DNA from: Eledone cirrhosa
Taxonomy: Eukaryota
Assembly: GCA_964016885.1 (NCBI GenBank)
Contig: OZ024740.1
Location: 407,464,001-407,528,000 of the forward strand
DNA length: 64,000 bases
Direction: 5' to 3'
Shown: positions 1 to 15,000 of the stretch, piece after piece
Layout: the number at the start of each line of letters is the position of its first letter
How positions within the stretch are numbered: position 1 is the stretch's first letter
Made by a program: the position numbers and the translations under genes
The notes under the pieces: model-generated
Told to the model about the DNA's origin: nothing
The model's input: only the letters and a program-made list of their open reading frames with translations
Databases searched by the model: none

Positions 1-3000
1 TGTCCTCCCATCTCTCTACTGTCCTCACATCTCACTACTGTCTCCACATCTTAATACTGTTGCCACATCTCATTAGCGTCTTCACATCTCACTACTGTCT
101 TCACATCTCAATATTGTCTTCACATCTCACTACTGTCTACACAACTTACTACTGTCTTCACATCTCTCTACTGTCCTCACATCTCACTACTGTCTTCACA
201 TCTCACTACTTTCTTCACATCTCAATACTGTCTTTACATCTCTCTACTGTCCTCACATCTCTCTACTGTCTTCACATTCACTAGTGTCCTCACATCTCAC
301 TACTGTCTTCACATCTCACTACTGTCTTCACATCTCCCTACTGTCTTCACATCTCACTAGTGTCTTCACATCTCTCTACTGTCTTTACATCTCTCTACTG
401 TCTTCACATCTCACTACTGTCCTCATATCTCACTACCGTCTTCACATCTCTCTTCTGTCTTCACATCTCTCTACCGTCTTCATATCTCTCTACTGACTTC
501 ACATCCCTCTACTGTCTTCACATCTCTCTACTGTCTTCACATCTCACTAGTGTCTTCACATCTCTCTACTGTATTTACATCTCATTACTGTCCTCGCATC
601 TCACTACTGTCTTCACATCTCTCTACTGTCTTCACATCTCACTAGTGTCCTCACATCTCACTACTGTCTTCACATCTCTCTACTGTCCTCACATCTCACA
701 ACTGTTTTCACATCTCTCTACTGTCTTCATATCTCTGTACTGACTTCACATCCCTCTACTGTCTTCACATCTCTCTACTGTCTTCACATCTCTCTACTGT
801 CCTCACATCTCACTACTGTCTTCACATCTCTCTTTTGTCTTCCCATCTCTCTACTGTCTTCATATCTCTCTAGTGACTTCACATCCCTCTACTGTCTTCA
901 CATCTCACTACTGTCCTCACATCTCACTACTGTCTTCACATCTCTCTACTGCCTTAACATCTCTCTACTGTCTTCACATCGCTCTACTGTCTTCCCATGT
1001 CACTACTGTCTTCATATCTGACTACTGTCTTGACATCTCTCTACTGTCCTCACAACAGTCTACTGTCTTCACATCTCACTACTGTCTTCACATCTCTCTA
1101 CTGTCTTCACATCTCTCTACTGTCTTCACATATCATTGCTGTCCTCACATCTTACTACTGTCTTCACATCTTACTACTGTCTTCACATCTCTCTTCTGTC
1201 TTCACATCTCACTACTGTCCTCACAACAGTCTACTGTCTTCACGTCTTTCTACTGTCTTTACATCTCTTTACCGTCTTCACATCTCACTACTGTCTTCAC
1301 ATGTCACTACTGTCTTCACATGTCACTACTGTCTTCACATCTCTCTACTGTCTTCACATCTCTCTACTGTCTTCACATCTCAATACTGTCTTCACATCTT
1401 TCTACTGTCATCCCATCTCTCTACTGTCCTCACATCTCACTACTGTCCTCACATCTCACTACTGTCCTCACATCTCTCTACTGTCTTCACATTCACTAGT
1501 GACCTCACATTTCACTACTGTCTTCACATCTCACTACTGTTTTTACATCTCTCTACTGTCTTCACATCTCACTACTGTCCTCACATCTCACTACTTTCTT
1601 CACATCTCTCTTCTGTCTTCACATCTCACTACTGTCCTCACATCTCACTACTATCTTCACATCTCTCTTCTGTCTTCACATATCTCTACTGTCTTCATAT
1701 CTCTCTACTGTCTTCACATCGCTCTACTGTCTTCCCATGTCACTACTGTCTTCATATCTGACTACTGTCTTGACATCTCTCTACTGTCCTCACAACAGTC
1801 TACTGTCTTCACATCTCACTACTGTCTTCACATCTCTCTACTGTCTTCACATCTCTCTACTGTCTTCACATATCATTGCTGTCCTCACATCTTACTACTG
1901 TCTTCACATCTTACTACTGTCTTCACATCTCTCTTCTGTCTTCACATCTCACTACTGTCCTCACAACAGTCTACTGTCTTCACGTCCTTCTACTGTCTTT
2001 ACATCTCTTTACCGTTTTCACATCTCACTACTGTCCTCACATCTCACTACTGTCTTCACATCTCTCTACTGTCCTCACATCTCTCTACTGTCCTCACATC
2101 TCACTACTGTCTTCACAGCTCTCTACTGTCCTCACATATCTCTACTGTCTTCACATCTCTCTACTCTCTTCACATCTCACTACTGTCTTCACATGTCACT
2201 ACTGTCTTCACATCTCTCTACTGTCCTCACATCTCTCTACTGTCTTAACATCTCTCTACTGTCTTCATATCTCTCTACTGACTTCACATCCCTCTACTGT
2301 CTTCACATCTCAATACTGTCTTCACATCTTTCTACTGTCATCCCAACTCTCTACTGTCCTCACATCTCTCTACTGTCTTCACATCTCACTACTGTTTTTA
2401 CATCTATCTACTGTCTTCACATCTCACTACTGTCTTCACATCTCTCTACTGTCCTCACATCTCTCTACTGTCTTCACATCTCTCTACTGTCTTCACATCT
2501 ATCTACTGTCCTCACATCTCTCTACTGTCTTCACATCTCTCTACTGTCTTCACATCTCACTACTGTCCTCACATCTCACTACTTTCTTCACAACTGTCTT
2601 CTTTCTTCACATCTCACTACTGTCCTCACATCTCACTACTGTCTTCACATCTCTCTTCTGTTTTCACATCTCTCTACTGTCTTCATATCTATCTACTTTC
2701 TTCACATCCCTCTACTGTCTTCACATCTCTCTACTGTCTTCACATCTCACTACTATCTTCACATCTCTCTTCTGTCTTCACATCTCTCTACTGTCTTCAT
2801 ATCTCTCTACTGACTTCACATCCCTCTACTGTCTTCACATCTCACTACTGTCCTTACATCTCATTACTGCCTTCACATCTCTCTACTGTCTTCACATCGC
2901 TCTACTGTCTTCCCATGTCACTACTGTCTTCATATCTGACTACTGTCTTGACATCTCTCTACTGTCCTCACAACAGTCTACTGTCTTCAAATCTCACTAC

Positions 3001-6000
3001 TGTCTTCACATCTCTCTACTGTCTTCACATCTCATTGCTGTCCTCACATCTTACTACTGTCTTCACATCTTACTACTGTCTTCACATCTCTCTTCTGTCT
3101 TCACATCTCACTACTGTCCTCACAACAGTCTACTGTCTTCACGTCTTTCTACTGTCTTTACATCTCTTTACCGTCTTCACATCTCACTACTGTCCTCACA
3201 TCTCACTACTGCCTTCACATCTCTCTACTGTCTTCCCATCTCTCTACTGTCCTCACATCTCACTACTGTCTTCACAGCTCTCTACTGTCCTCACATATCT
3301 CTACTGTCTTCACATCTCTCTACTCTCTTCACATCTCACTACTGTCTTCACATGTCACTCCTGTCTTCACATCTCTCTACTGTCTTAACATCTCTCTACT
3401 GTCTTCATATCTCTCTACTGACTTCACATCCCTCTACTGTCTTCACATCTCAATACTGTCTTCACATCTTTCTACTGTCATCCCATCTCTCTACTGTCCT
3501 CACATCTCACTACTGTCCTCACATCTCACTACTGTCCTCACATCTCTCTACTGTCTTCACATTCACTAGTGACCTCACATTTCACTACTGTCTTCACATC
3601 TCTCTACTGTCTTCACATCGCTCTACTCTCTTCCCATCTCACTACTGTCATCATATCTGATTACTGTCTTGACATCTCTCTACTGTCCTCACAACTGTCT
3701 ACTGTCTTCACATCTCACTACTGTCTTCACATCTCTCTACTGTCTTCACATCTCTCTAATGTCTTCACATCTCATTGCTGTACTCATATCTTACTACTGT
3801 CTTCACATCTTACTACTGTCTTCACATCTCACTTCTGTCTTCACATCTCACTACTGTCCTCACAACAGTCTACTGTCTTGACGTATTTCTACTGTCTTCA
3901 CATCTCTTTACCGTCTTCACATCTCACTACGGTCCTCACATCTCACTACTGTCTTCACATCTCTCTACTGTCCTCCCATCTCTCTACTGTCCTCACATCT
4001 CACTACTGTCTCCACATCTTAATACTGTTGCCACATCTCATTAGCGTCTTCACATCTCACTACTGTCTTCACATCTCAATATTGTCTTCACATCTCACTA
4101 CTGTCTACACAACTTACTACTGTCTTCACATCTCTCTACTGTCCTCACATCTCACTACTGTCTTCACATCTCACTACTTTCTTCACATCTCAATACTGTC
4201 TTTACATCTCTCTACTGTCCTCACATCTCTCTACTGTCTTCACATTCACTAGTGTCCTCACATCTCACTACTGTCTTCACATCTCACTACTGTCTTCACA
4301 TCTCCCTACTGTCTTCACATCTCACTAGTGTCTTCACATCTCTCTACTGTCTTTACATCTCTCTACTGTCTTCACATCTCACTACTGTCCTCATATCTCA
4401 CTACCGTCTTCACATCTCTCTTCTGTCTTCACATCTCTCTACCGTCTTCATATCTCTCTACTGACTTCACATCCCTCTACTGTCTTCACATCTCTCTACT
4501 GTCTTCACATCTCACTAGTGTCTTCACATCTCTCTACTGTATTTACATCTCATTACTGTCCTCGCATCTCACTACTGTCTTCACATCTCTCTACTGTCTT
4601 CACATCTCACTAGTGTCCTCACATCTCACTACTGTCTTCACATCTCTCTACTGTCCTCACATCTCACAACTGTTTTCACATCTCTCTACTGTCTTCATAT
4701 CTCTGTACTGACTTCACATCCCTCTACTGTCTTCACATCTCTCTACTGTCTTCACATCTCTCTACTGTCCTCACATCTCACTACTGTCTTCACATCTCTC
4801 TTTTGTCTTCCCATCTCTCTACTGTCTTCATATCTCTCTAGTGACTTCACATCCCTCTACTGTCTTCACATCTCACTACTGTCCTCACATCTCACTACTG
4901 TCTTCACATCTCTCTACTGCCTTAACATCTCTCTACTGTCTTCACATCGCTCTACTGTCTTCCCATGTCACTACTGTCTTCATATCTGACTACTGTCTTG
5001 ACATCTCTCTACTGTCCTCACAACAGTCTACTGTCTTCACATCTCACTACTGTCTTCACATCTCTCTACTGTCTTCACATCTCTCTACTGTCTTCACATA
5101 TCATTGCTGTCCTCACATCTTACTACTGTCTTCACATCTTACTACTGTCTTCACATCTCTCTTCTGTCTTCACATCTCACTACTGTCCTCACAACAGTCT
5201 ACTGTCTTCACGTCTTTCTACTGTCTTTACATCTCTTTACCGTCTTCACATCTCACTACTGTCTTCACATGTCACTACTGTCTTCACATGTCACTACTGT
5301 CTTCACATCTCTCTACTGTCTTCACATCTCTCTACTGTCTTCACATCTCAATACTGTCTTCACATCTTTCTACTGTCATCCCATCTCTCTACTGTCCTCA
5401 CATCTCACTACTGTCCTCACATCTCTCTACTGTCTTCATATTCACTAATGACCTCACATTTCACTACTGTCTTCACATCTCACTACTGTTTCTACATCTA
5501 TCTACTCTCTTCACATCTCACTACTGTCTTCACATGTCACTACTGTCTTCACATCTCTCTACTGTCCTCACATCTCTCTACTGTCTTAACATCTCTCTAC
5601 TGTCTTCATATCTCTCTACTGACTTCACATCCCTCTACTGTCTTCACATCTCAATACTGTCTTCACATCTTTCTACTGTCATCCCAACTCTCTACTGTCC
5701 TCACATCTCTCTACTGTCTTCACATCTCACTACTGTTTTTACATCTATCTACTGTCTTCACATCTCACTACTGTCTTCACATCTCTCTACTGTCCTCACA
5801 TCTCTCTACTGTCTTCACATCTCTCTACTGTCTTCACATCTATCTACTGTCCTCACATCTCTCTACTGTCTTCACATCTCTCTACTGTCTTCACATCTCA
5901 CTACTGTCCTCACATCTCACTACTTTCTTCACAACTGTCTTCTTTCTTCACATCTCACTACTGTCCTCACATCTCACTACTGTCTTCACATCTCTCTTCT

Positions 6001-9000
6001 GTTTTCACATCTCTCTACTGTCTTCATATCTATCTACTTTCTTCACATCCCTCTACTGTCTTCACATCTCTCTACTGTCTTCACATCTCACTACTATCTT
6101 CACATCTCTCTTCTGTCTTCACATCTCTCTACTGTCTTCATATCTCTCTACTGACTTCACATCCCTCTACTGTCTTTACATCTCACTACTGTCCTTACAT
6201 CTCATTACTGCCTTCACATCTCTCTACTGTCTTCACATCGCTCTACTGTCTTCCCATGTCACTACTGTCTTCATATCTGACTACTGTCTTGACATCTCTC
6301 TACTGTCCTCACAACAGTCTACTGTCTTCAAATCTCACTACTGTCTTCACATCTCTCTACTGTCTTCACATCTCATTGCTGTCCTCACATCTTACTACTG
6401 TCTTCACATCTTACTACTGTCTTCACATCTCTCTTCTGTCTTCACATCTCACTACTGTCCTCACAACAGTCTACTGTCTTCACGTCTTTCTACTGTCTTT
6501 ACATCTCTTTACCGTCTTCACATCTCACTACTGTCCTCACATCTCACTACTGCCTTCACATCTCTCTACTGTCTTCCCATCTCTCTACTGTCCTCACATC
6601 TCACTACTGTCTTCACAGCTCTCTACTGTCCTCACATATCTCTACTGTCTTCACATCTCTCTACTCTCTTCACATCTCACTACTGTCTTCACATGTCACT
6701 CCTGTCTTCACATCTCTCTACTGTCTTAACATCTCTCTACTGTCTTCATATCTCTCTACTGACTTCACATCCCTCTACTGTCTTCACATCTCAATACTGT
6801 CTTCACATCTTTCTACTGTCATCCCATCTCTCTACTGTCCTCACATCTCACTACTGTCCTCACATCTCACTACTGTCCTCACATCTCTCTACTGTCTTCA
6901 CATTCACTAGTGACCTCACATTTCACTACTGTCTTCACATCTCTCTACTGTCTTCACATCGCTCTACTCTCTTCCCATCTCACTACTGTCATCATATCTG
7001 ATTACTGTCTTGACATCTCTCTACTGTCCTCACAACTGTCTACTGTCTTCACATCTCACTACTGTCTTCACATCTCTCTACTGTCTTCACATCTCTCTAA
7101 TGTCTTCACATCTCATTGCTGTACTCATATCTTACTACTGTCTTCACATCTTACTACTGTCTTCACATCTCACTTCTGTCTTCACATCTCACTACTGTCC
7201 TCACAACAGTCTACTGTCTTGACGTATTTCTACTGTCTTCACATCTCTTTACCGTCTTCACATCTCACTACGGTCCTCACATCTCACTACTGTCTTCACA
7301 TCTCTCTACTGTCCTCCCATCTCTCTACTGTCCTCACATCTCACTACTGTCTCCACATCTTAATACTGTTGCCACATCTCATTAGCGTCTTCACATCTCA
7401 CTACTGTCTTCACATCTCAATATTGTCTTCACATCTCACTACTGTCTACACAACTTACTACTGTCTTCACATCTCTCTACTGTCCTCACATCTCACTACT
7501 GTCTTCACATCTCACTACTTTCTTCACATCTCAATACTGTCTTTACATCTCTCTACTGTCCTCACATCTCTCTACTGTCTTCACATTCACTAGTGTCCTC
7601 ACATCTCACTACTGTCTTCACATCTCACTACTGTCTTCACATCTCCCTACTGTCTTCACATCTCACTAGTGTCTTCACATCTCTCTACTGTCTTTACATC
7701 TCTCTACTGTCTTCACATCTCACTACTGTCCTCATATCTCACTACCGTCTTCACATCTCTCTTCTGTCTTCACATCTCTCTACCGTCTTCATATCTCTCT
7801 ACTGACTTCACATCCCTCTACTGTCTTCACATCTCTCTACTGTCTTCACATCTCACTAGTGTCTTCACATCTCTCTACTGTATTTACATCTCATTACTGT
7901 CCTCGCATCTCACTACTGTCTTCACATCTCTCTACTGTCTTCACATCTCACTAGTGTCCTCACATCTCACTACTGTCTTCACATCTCTCTACTGTCCTCA
8001 CATCTCACAACTGTTTTCACATCTCTCTACTGTCTTCATATCTCTGTACTGACTTCACATCCCTCTACTGTCTTCACATCTCTCTACTGTCTTCACATCT
8101 CTCTACTGTCCTCACATCTCACTACTGTCTTCACATCTCTCTTTTGTCTTCCCATCTCTCTACTGTCTTCATATCTCTCTAGTGACTTCACATCCCTCTA
8201 CTGTCTTCACATCTCACTACTGTCCTCACATCTCACTACTGTCTTCACATCTCTCTACTGCCTTAACATCTCTCTACTGTCTTCACATCGCTCTACTGTC
8301 TTCCCATGTCACTACTGTCTTCATATCTGACTACTGTCTTGACATCTCTCTACTGTCCTCACAACAGTCTACTGTCTTCACATCTCACTACTGTCTTCAC
8401 ATCTCTCTACTGTCTTCACATCTCTCTACTGTCTTCACATATCATTGCTGTCCTCACATCTTACTACTGTCTTCACATCTTACTACTGTCTTCACATCTC
8501 TCTTCTGTCTTCACATCTCACTACTGTCCTCACAACAGTCTACTGTCTTCACGTCTTTCTACTGTCTTTACATCTCTTTACCGTCTTCACATCTCACTAC
8601 TGTCTTCACATGTCACTACTGTCTTCACATGTCACTACTGTCTTCACATCTCTCTACTGTCTTCACATCTCTCTACTGTCTTCACATCTCAATACTGTCT
8701 TCACATCTTTCTACTGTCATCCCATCTCTCTACTGTCCTCACATCTCACTACTGTCCTCACATCTCTCTACTGTCTTCATATTCACTAATGACCTCACAT
8801 TTCACTACTGTCTTCACATCTCACTACTGTTTCTACATCTATCTACTGTCTTCACATCTCACTACTGTCTTCACATCTCTCTACTGTCTTCACATCTCTC
8901 TACTGCCTTCACATCTCTCTACTGTCTTCACATCGCTCTACTGTCTCCCCATCTCACTACTGTCATCATATCTGATTACTGTCTTGACATCTCTCTACTG

Positions 9001-12000
9001 TCCTCACAACTGTCTACTGTCTTCACATCTCACTACTGTCTTCACATCTCTCTACTGTCTTCACATCTCACTACTATCTTCACATCTCTCTTCTGTCTTC
9101 ACATCTCTCTACTGTCTTCATATCTCTCTACTGACTTCACATCCCTCTACTGTCTTCACATCTCACTACTGTCCTTACATCTCATTACTGCCTTCACATC
9201 TCTCTACTGTCTTCACATCGCTCTACTGTCTTCCCATGTCACTACTGTCTTCATATCTGACTACTGTCTTGACATCTCTCTACTGTCCTCACAACAGTCT
9301 ACTGTCTTCAAATCTCACTACTGTCTTCACATCTCTCTACTGTCTTCACATCTCATTGCTGTCCTCACATCTTACTACTGTCTTCACATCTTACTACTGT
9401 CTTCACATCTCTCTTCTGTCTTCACATCTCACTACTGTCCTCACAACAGTCTACTGTCTTCACGTCTTTCTACTGTCTTTACATCTCTTTACCGTCTTCA
9501 CATCTCACTACTGTCCTCACATCTCACTACTGCCTTCACATCTCTCTACTGTCTTCCCATCTCTCTACTGTCCTCACATCTCACTACTGTCTTCACAGCT
9601 CTCTACTGTCCTCACATATCTCTACTGTCTTCACATCTCTCTACTCTCTTCACATCTCACTACTGTCTTCACATGTCACTCCTGTCTTCACATCTCTCTA
9701 CTGTCTTAACATCTCTCTACTGTCTTCATATCTCTCTACTGACTTCACATCCCTCTACTGTCTTCACATCTCAATACTGTCTTCACATCTTTCTACTGTC
9801 ATCCCATCTTTCTACTGTCCTCACATCTCACTACTGTCCTCACATCTCACTACTGTCCTCACATCTCTCTACTGTCTTCACATTCACTAGTGACCTCACA
9901 TTTCACTACTGTCTTCACATCTCTCTACTGTCTTCACATCGCTCTACTCTCTTCCCATCTCACTACTGTCATCATATCTGATTACTGTCTTGACATCTCT
10001 CTACTGTCCTCACAACTGTCTACTGTCTTCACATCTCACTACTGTCTTCACATCTCTCTACTGTCTTCACATCTCTCTAATGTCTTCACATCTCATTGCT
10101 GTACTCATATCTTACTACTGTCTTCACATCTTACTACTGTCTTCACATCTCACTTCTGTCTTCACATCTCACTACTGTCCTCACAACAGTCTACTGTCTT
10201 GACGTATTTCTACTGTCTTCACATCTCTTTACCGTCTTCACATCTCACTACGCTCCTCACATCTCACTACTGTCTTCACATCTCTCTACTGTCCTCCCAT
10301 CTCTCTACTGTCCTCACATCTCACTACTGTCTCCACATCTTAATACTGTTGCCACATCTCATTAGCGTCTTCACATCTCACTACTGTCTTCACATCTCAA
10401 TATTGTCTTCACATCTCACTACTGTCTACACAACTTACTACTGTCTTCACATCTCTCTACTGTCCTCACATCTCACTACTGTCTTCACATCTCACTACTT
10501 TCTTCACATCTCAATACTGTCTTTACATCTCTCTACTGTCCTCACATCTCTCTACTGTCTTCACATTCACTAGTGTCCTCACATCTCACTACTGTCTTCA
10601 CATCTCACTACTGTCTTCACATCTCCCTACTGTCTTCACATCTCACTAGTGTCTTCACATCTCTCTACTGTCTTTACATCTCTCTACTGTCTTCACATCT
10701 CACTACTGTCCTCATATCTCACTACCGTCTTCACATCTCTCTTCTGTCTTCACATCTCTCTACCGTCTTCATATCTCTCTACTGACTTCACATCCCTCTA
10801 CTGTCTTCACATCTCTCTACTGTCTTCACATCTCACTAGTGTCTTCACATCTCTCTACTGTATTTACATCTCATTACTGTCCTCGCATCTCACTACTGTC
10901 TTCACATCTCTCTACTGTCTTCACATCTCACTAGTGTCCTCACATCTCACTACTGTCTTCACATCTCTCTACTGTCCTCACATCTCACAACTGTTTTCAC
11001 ATCTCTCTACTGTCTTCATATCTCTGTACTGACTTCACATCCCTCTACTGTCTTCACATCTCTCTACTGTCTTCACATCTCTCTACTGTCCTCACATCTC
11101 ACTACTGTCTTCACATCTCTCTTTTGTCTTCCCATCTCTCTACTGTCTTCATATCTCTCTAGTGACTTCACATCCCTCTACTGTCTTCACATCTCACTAC
11201 TGTCCTCACATCTCACTACTGTCTTCACATCTCTCTACTGCCTTAACATCTCTCTACTGTCTTCACATCGCTCTACTGTCTTCCCATGTCACTACTGTCT
11301 TCATATCTGACTACTGTCTTGACATCTCTCTACTGTCCTCATATCTTACTACTGTCTTCACATCTCACTACTGTCTTCACATCTCTCTACTGTCTTCACA
11401 TCTCTCTACTGTCTTCACATATCATTGCTGTCCTCACATCTTACTACTGTCTTCACATCTTACTACTGTCTTCACATCTCTCTTCTGTCTTCACATCTCA
11501 CTACTGTCCTCACAACAGTCTACTGTCTTCACGTCTTTCTACTGTCTTTACATCTCTTTACCGTCTTCACATCTCACTACTGTCTTCACATGTCACTACT
11601 GTCTTCACATGTCACTACTGTCTTCACATCTCTCTACTGTCTTCACATCTCTCTACTGTCTTCACATCTCAATACTGTCTTCACATCTTTCTACTGTCAT
11701 CCCATCTCTCTACTGTCCTCACATCTCACTACTGTCCTCACATCTCTCTACTGTCTTCATATTCACTAATGACCACACATTTCACTACTGTCTTCACATC
11801 TCACTACTGTTTCTACATCTATCTACTGTCTTCACATCTCACTACTGTCTTCACATCTCTCTACTGTCTTCACATCTCTCTACTGCCTTCACATCTCTCT
11901 ACTGTCTTCACATCGCTCTACTGTCTCCCCATCTCACTACTGTCATCATATCTGATTACTGTCTTGACATCTCTCTACTGTCCTCACAACTGTCTACTGT

Positions 12001-15000
12001 CTTCACATCTCACTACTGTCTTCACATCTCTCTACTGTCTTCACATCTCTCTAATGTCTTCACATCTCATTGCTGTACTCATATCTTACTACTGTCTTCA
12101 CATCTTACTACTGTCTTCACAACTCACTTCTGTCTTCACATCTCACTACTGTCCTCACAACAGTCTAATGTCTTGACGTCTTTCTACTGTCTTCACATCT
12201 CTTTACCGTCTTCACATCTCACTACGGTCCTCACATCTCACTACTGTCTTCACATCTCTCTACTGTCCTCCCATCTCTGTACTGTCCTCACATCTCACTA
12301 CTGTCTCCACATCTCAATATTGTCTTCACATCTCACTACTGTCTTCACATCTCAATATTGTCTTCACATCTCACTACTGTCTACACAACTTACTACTGTC
12401 TTCACATCTCTCTACTGTCCTCACATCTCACTACTGTCTTCACATCTCACTACTCTCTTCACATCTCAATACTGTCTTTACATCTCTCTACTGTCCTCAC
12501 ATCTCTCTACTGTCTTCACATTCACTAGTGTCCTCACATCTCACTACTGTCTTCACATCTCACTACTGTCTTCACATCTATCTACTGTCTTCACATCTCC
12601 CTACTGTCTTCACATCTCACTAGTGTCTTCACATCTCTCTACTGTCCTCACATCTCACTACTGTCTTCACATCTATCTACTGTCTTTACATCTCTCTACT
12701 GTCTTCACATCTCACTACTGTCCTCACATCTCACTACTGTCTTCACATCTCTCTTCTGTCGTCACATCTCTCTACCGTCTTCATATCTCTCTACTGTCTT
12801 CACATCTCTCTACTGTCCTCACATCTCACTACTGTCTTCACATCTCTCTTTTGTCTTCCCATCTCTCTACTGTCTTCACATCGCTCTACTGTCTTCCCAT
12901 GTCACTACTGTCTTCATATGATTACTGTCTTGACATCTCTCTACTGTCCTCACAACAGTCTACTGTCTTCACATCTCTCTACTGTCTTCACATCTCTCTA
13001 CTGTCTTCACATATCATTGCTGTCCTCACATCTTACTACTGTCTTCACATCTCTCTTCTGTCTTCACATCTCACTACTGTCCTCACAACAGTCTACTGTC
13101 TTCACGTCCTTCTACTGTCTTTACATCTCTTTACCGTCTTCACATCTCACTACTGTCCTCACATCTCACTACTGTCTTCACATCTCTCTACTGTCCTCAC
13201 ATCTCTCTACTGTCCTCACATCTCACTACTGTCTTCACAGCTCTCTACTGTCCTCACATATCTCTACTGTCTTCACATCTCTCTACTCTCTTCACATCTC
13301 ACTACTGTCTTCACATGTCACTACTGTCTTCACATCTCTCTACTGTCCTCACATCTCTCTACTGTCTAAACATCTCTCTACTGTCTTCATATCTCTCTAC
13401 TGACTTCACATCCCTCTACTATCTTCACATCTCAATACTGTCTTCACATCTTTCTACTGTCATCCCAACTCTCTACTGTCCTCACATCTCTCTACTGTCT
13501 TCACATCTCACTACTGTTTTTACATCTATCTACTGTCTTCACATCTCACTACTGTCTTCACATCTCTCTACTGTCCTCACATCTCTCTACTGTCTTCACA
13601 TCTCTCTACTGTCTTCACATCTATCTACTGTCCTCACATCTCTCTACTGTCTTCACATCTCTCTACTGTCTTCACATCTCACTACTGTCCTCACATCTCA
13701 CTACTTTCTTCACAACTGTCTTCTTTCTTCACATCTCACTACTGTCCTCACATCTCACTACTGTCTTCACATCTCTGTTCTGTTTTCACATCTCTCTACT
13801 GTCTTCATATCTATCTACTTTCTTCACATCCCTCTACTGTCTTCACATCTCTCTACTGTCTTCACATCTCACTACTGTCCTCACATCTCACTACTATCTT
13901 CACATCTCTCTTCTGTCTTCACATCTCTCTACTGTCTTCATATCTCTCTACTGACTTCACATCCCTCTACTGTCTTCACATCTCACTACTGTCCTTACAT
14001 CTCATTACTGCCTTCACATCTCTCTACTGCCTTCACATCTCTCTACTGTCTTCACATCGCTCTACTGTCTTCCCATGTCACTACTGTCTTCATATCTGAC
14101 TACTGTCTTGACATCTCTCTACTGTCCTCACAACAGTCTACTGTCTTCAAATCTCACTACTGTCTTCACATCTCTCTACTGTCTTCACATCTCTCTACTG
14201 TCTTCACATCTCATTGCTGTCCTCACATCTTACTACTGTCTTCACATCTTACTACTGTCTTCACATCTCTCTTCTGTCTTCACATCTCACTACTGTCCTC
14301 ACAACAGTCTACTGTCTTCACGTCTTTCTACTGTCTTTACATCTCTTTACCGTCTTCACATCTCACTACTGTCCTCACATCTCACTACTGTCTTCACATC
14401 TCTTTACTGTCCTCCCATCTCTCTACTGTCCTCACATCTCACTACTGTCTTCACAGCTCTCTACTGTCCTCACATATCTCTACTGTCTTCACATCTCTCT
14501 ACTCTCTTCACATCTCACTATTGTCTTCACATGTCACTACTGTCTTCACATCTCTCTACTGTCTTAACATCTCTCTACTGTCTTCATATCTCTCTACTGA
14601 CTTCACATCCCTCTACTGTCTTCACATCTCAATACTGTCTTCACATCTTTCTACTGTCATCCTATCTCTCTACTGTCCTCACATCTCACTACTGTCCTCA
14701 CATCTCACTACTGTCCTCACATCTCTCTACTGTCTTCACATTCACTAGTGACCTCACATTTCACTACTGTCTTCACATCTCACTACTGTTTTTACATCTC
14801 TCTACTGTCTTCACATCTCACTACTGTCCTCACATCTCACTACTTTCTTCACATCTCTCTTCTGTCTTCACATCTCACTACTGTCCTCACATCTCACTAC
14901 TATCTTCAGATCTCTCTTCTGTCTTCCCATGTCACTACTGTCTTCATATCTGACTACTGTCTTGACATCTCTCTACTGTCCTCACAACAGTCTACTGTCT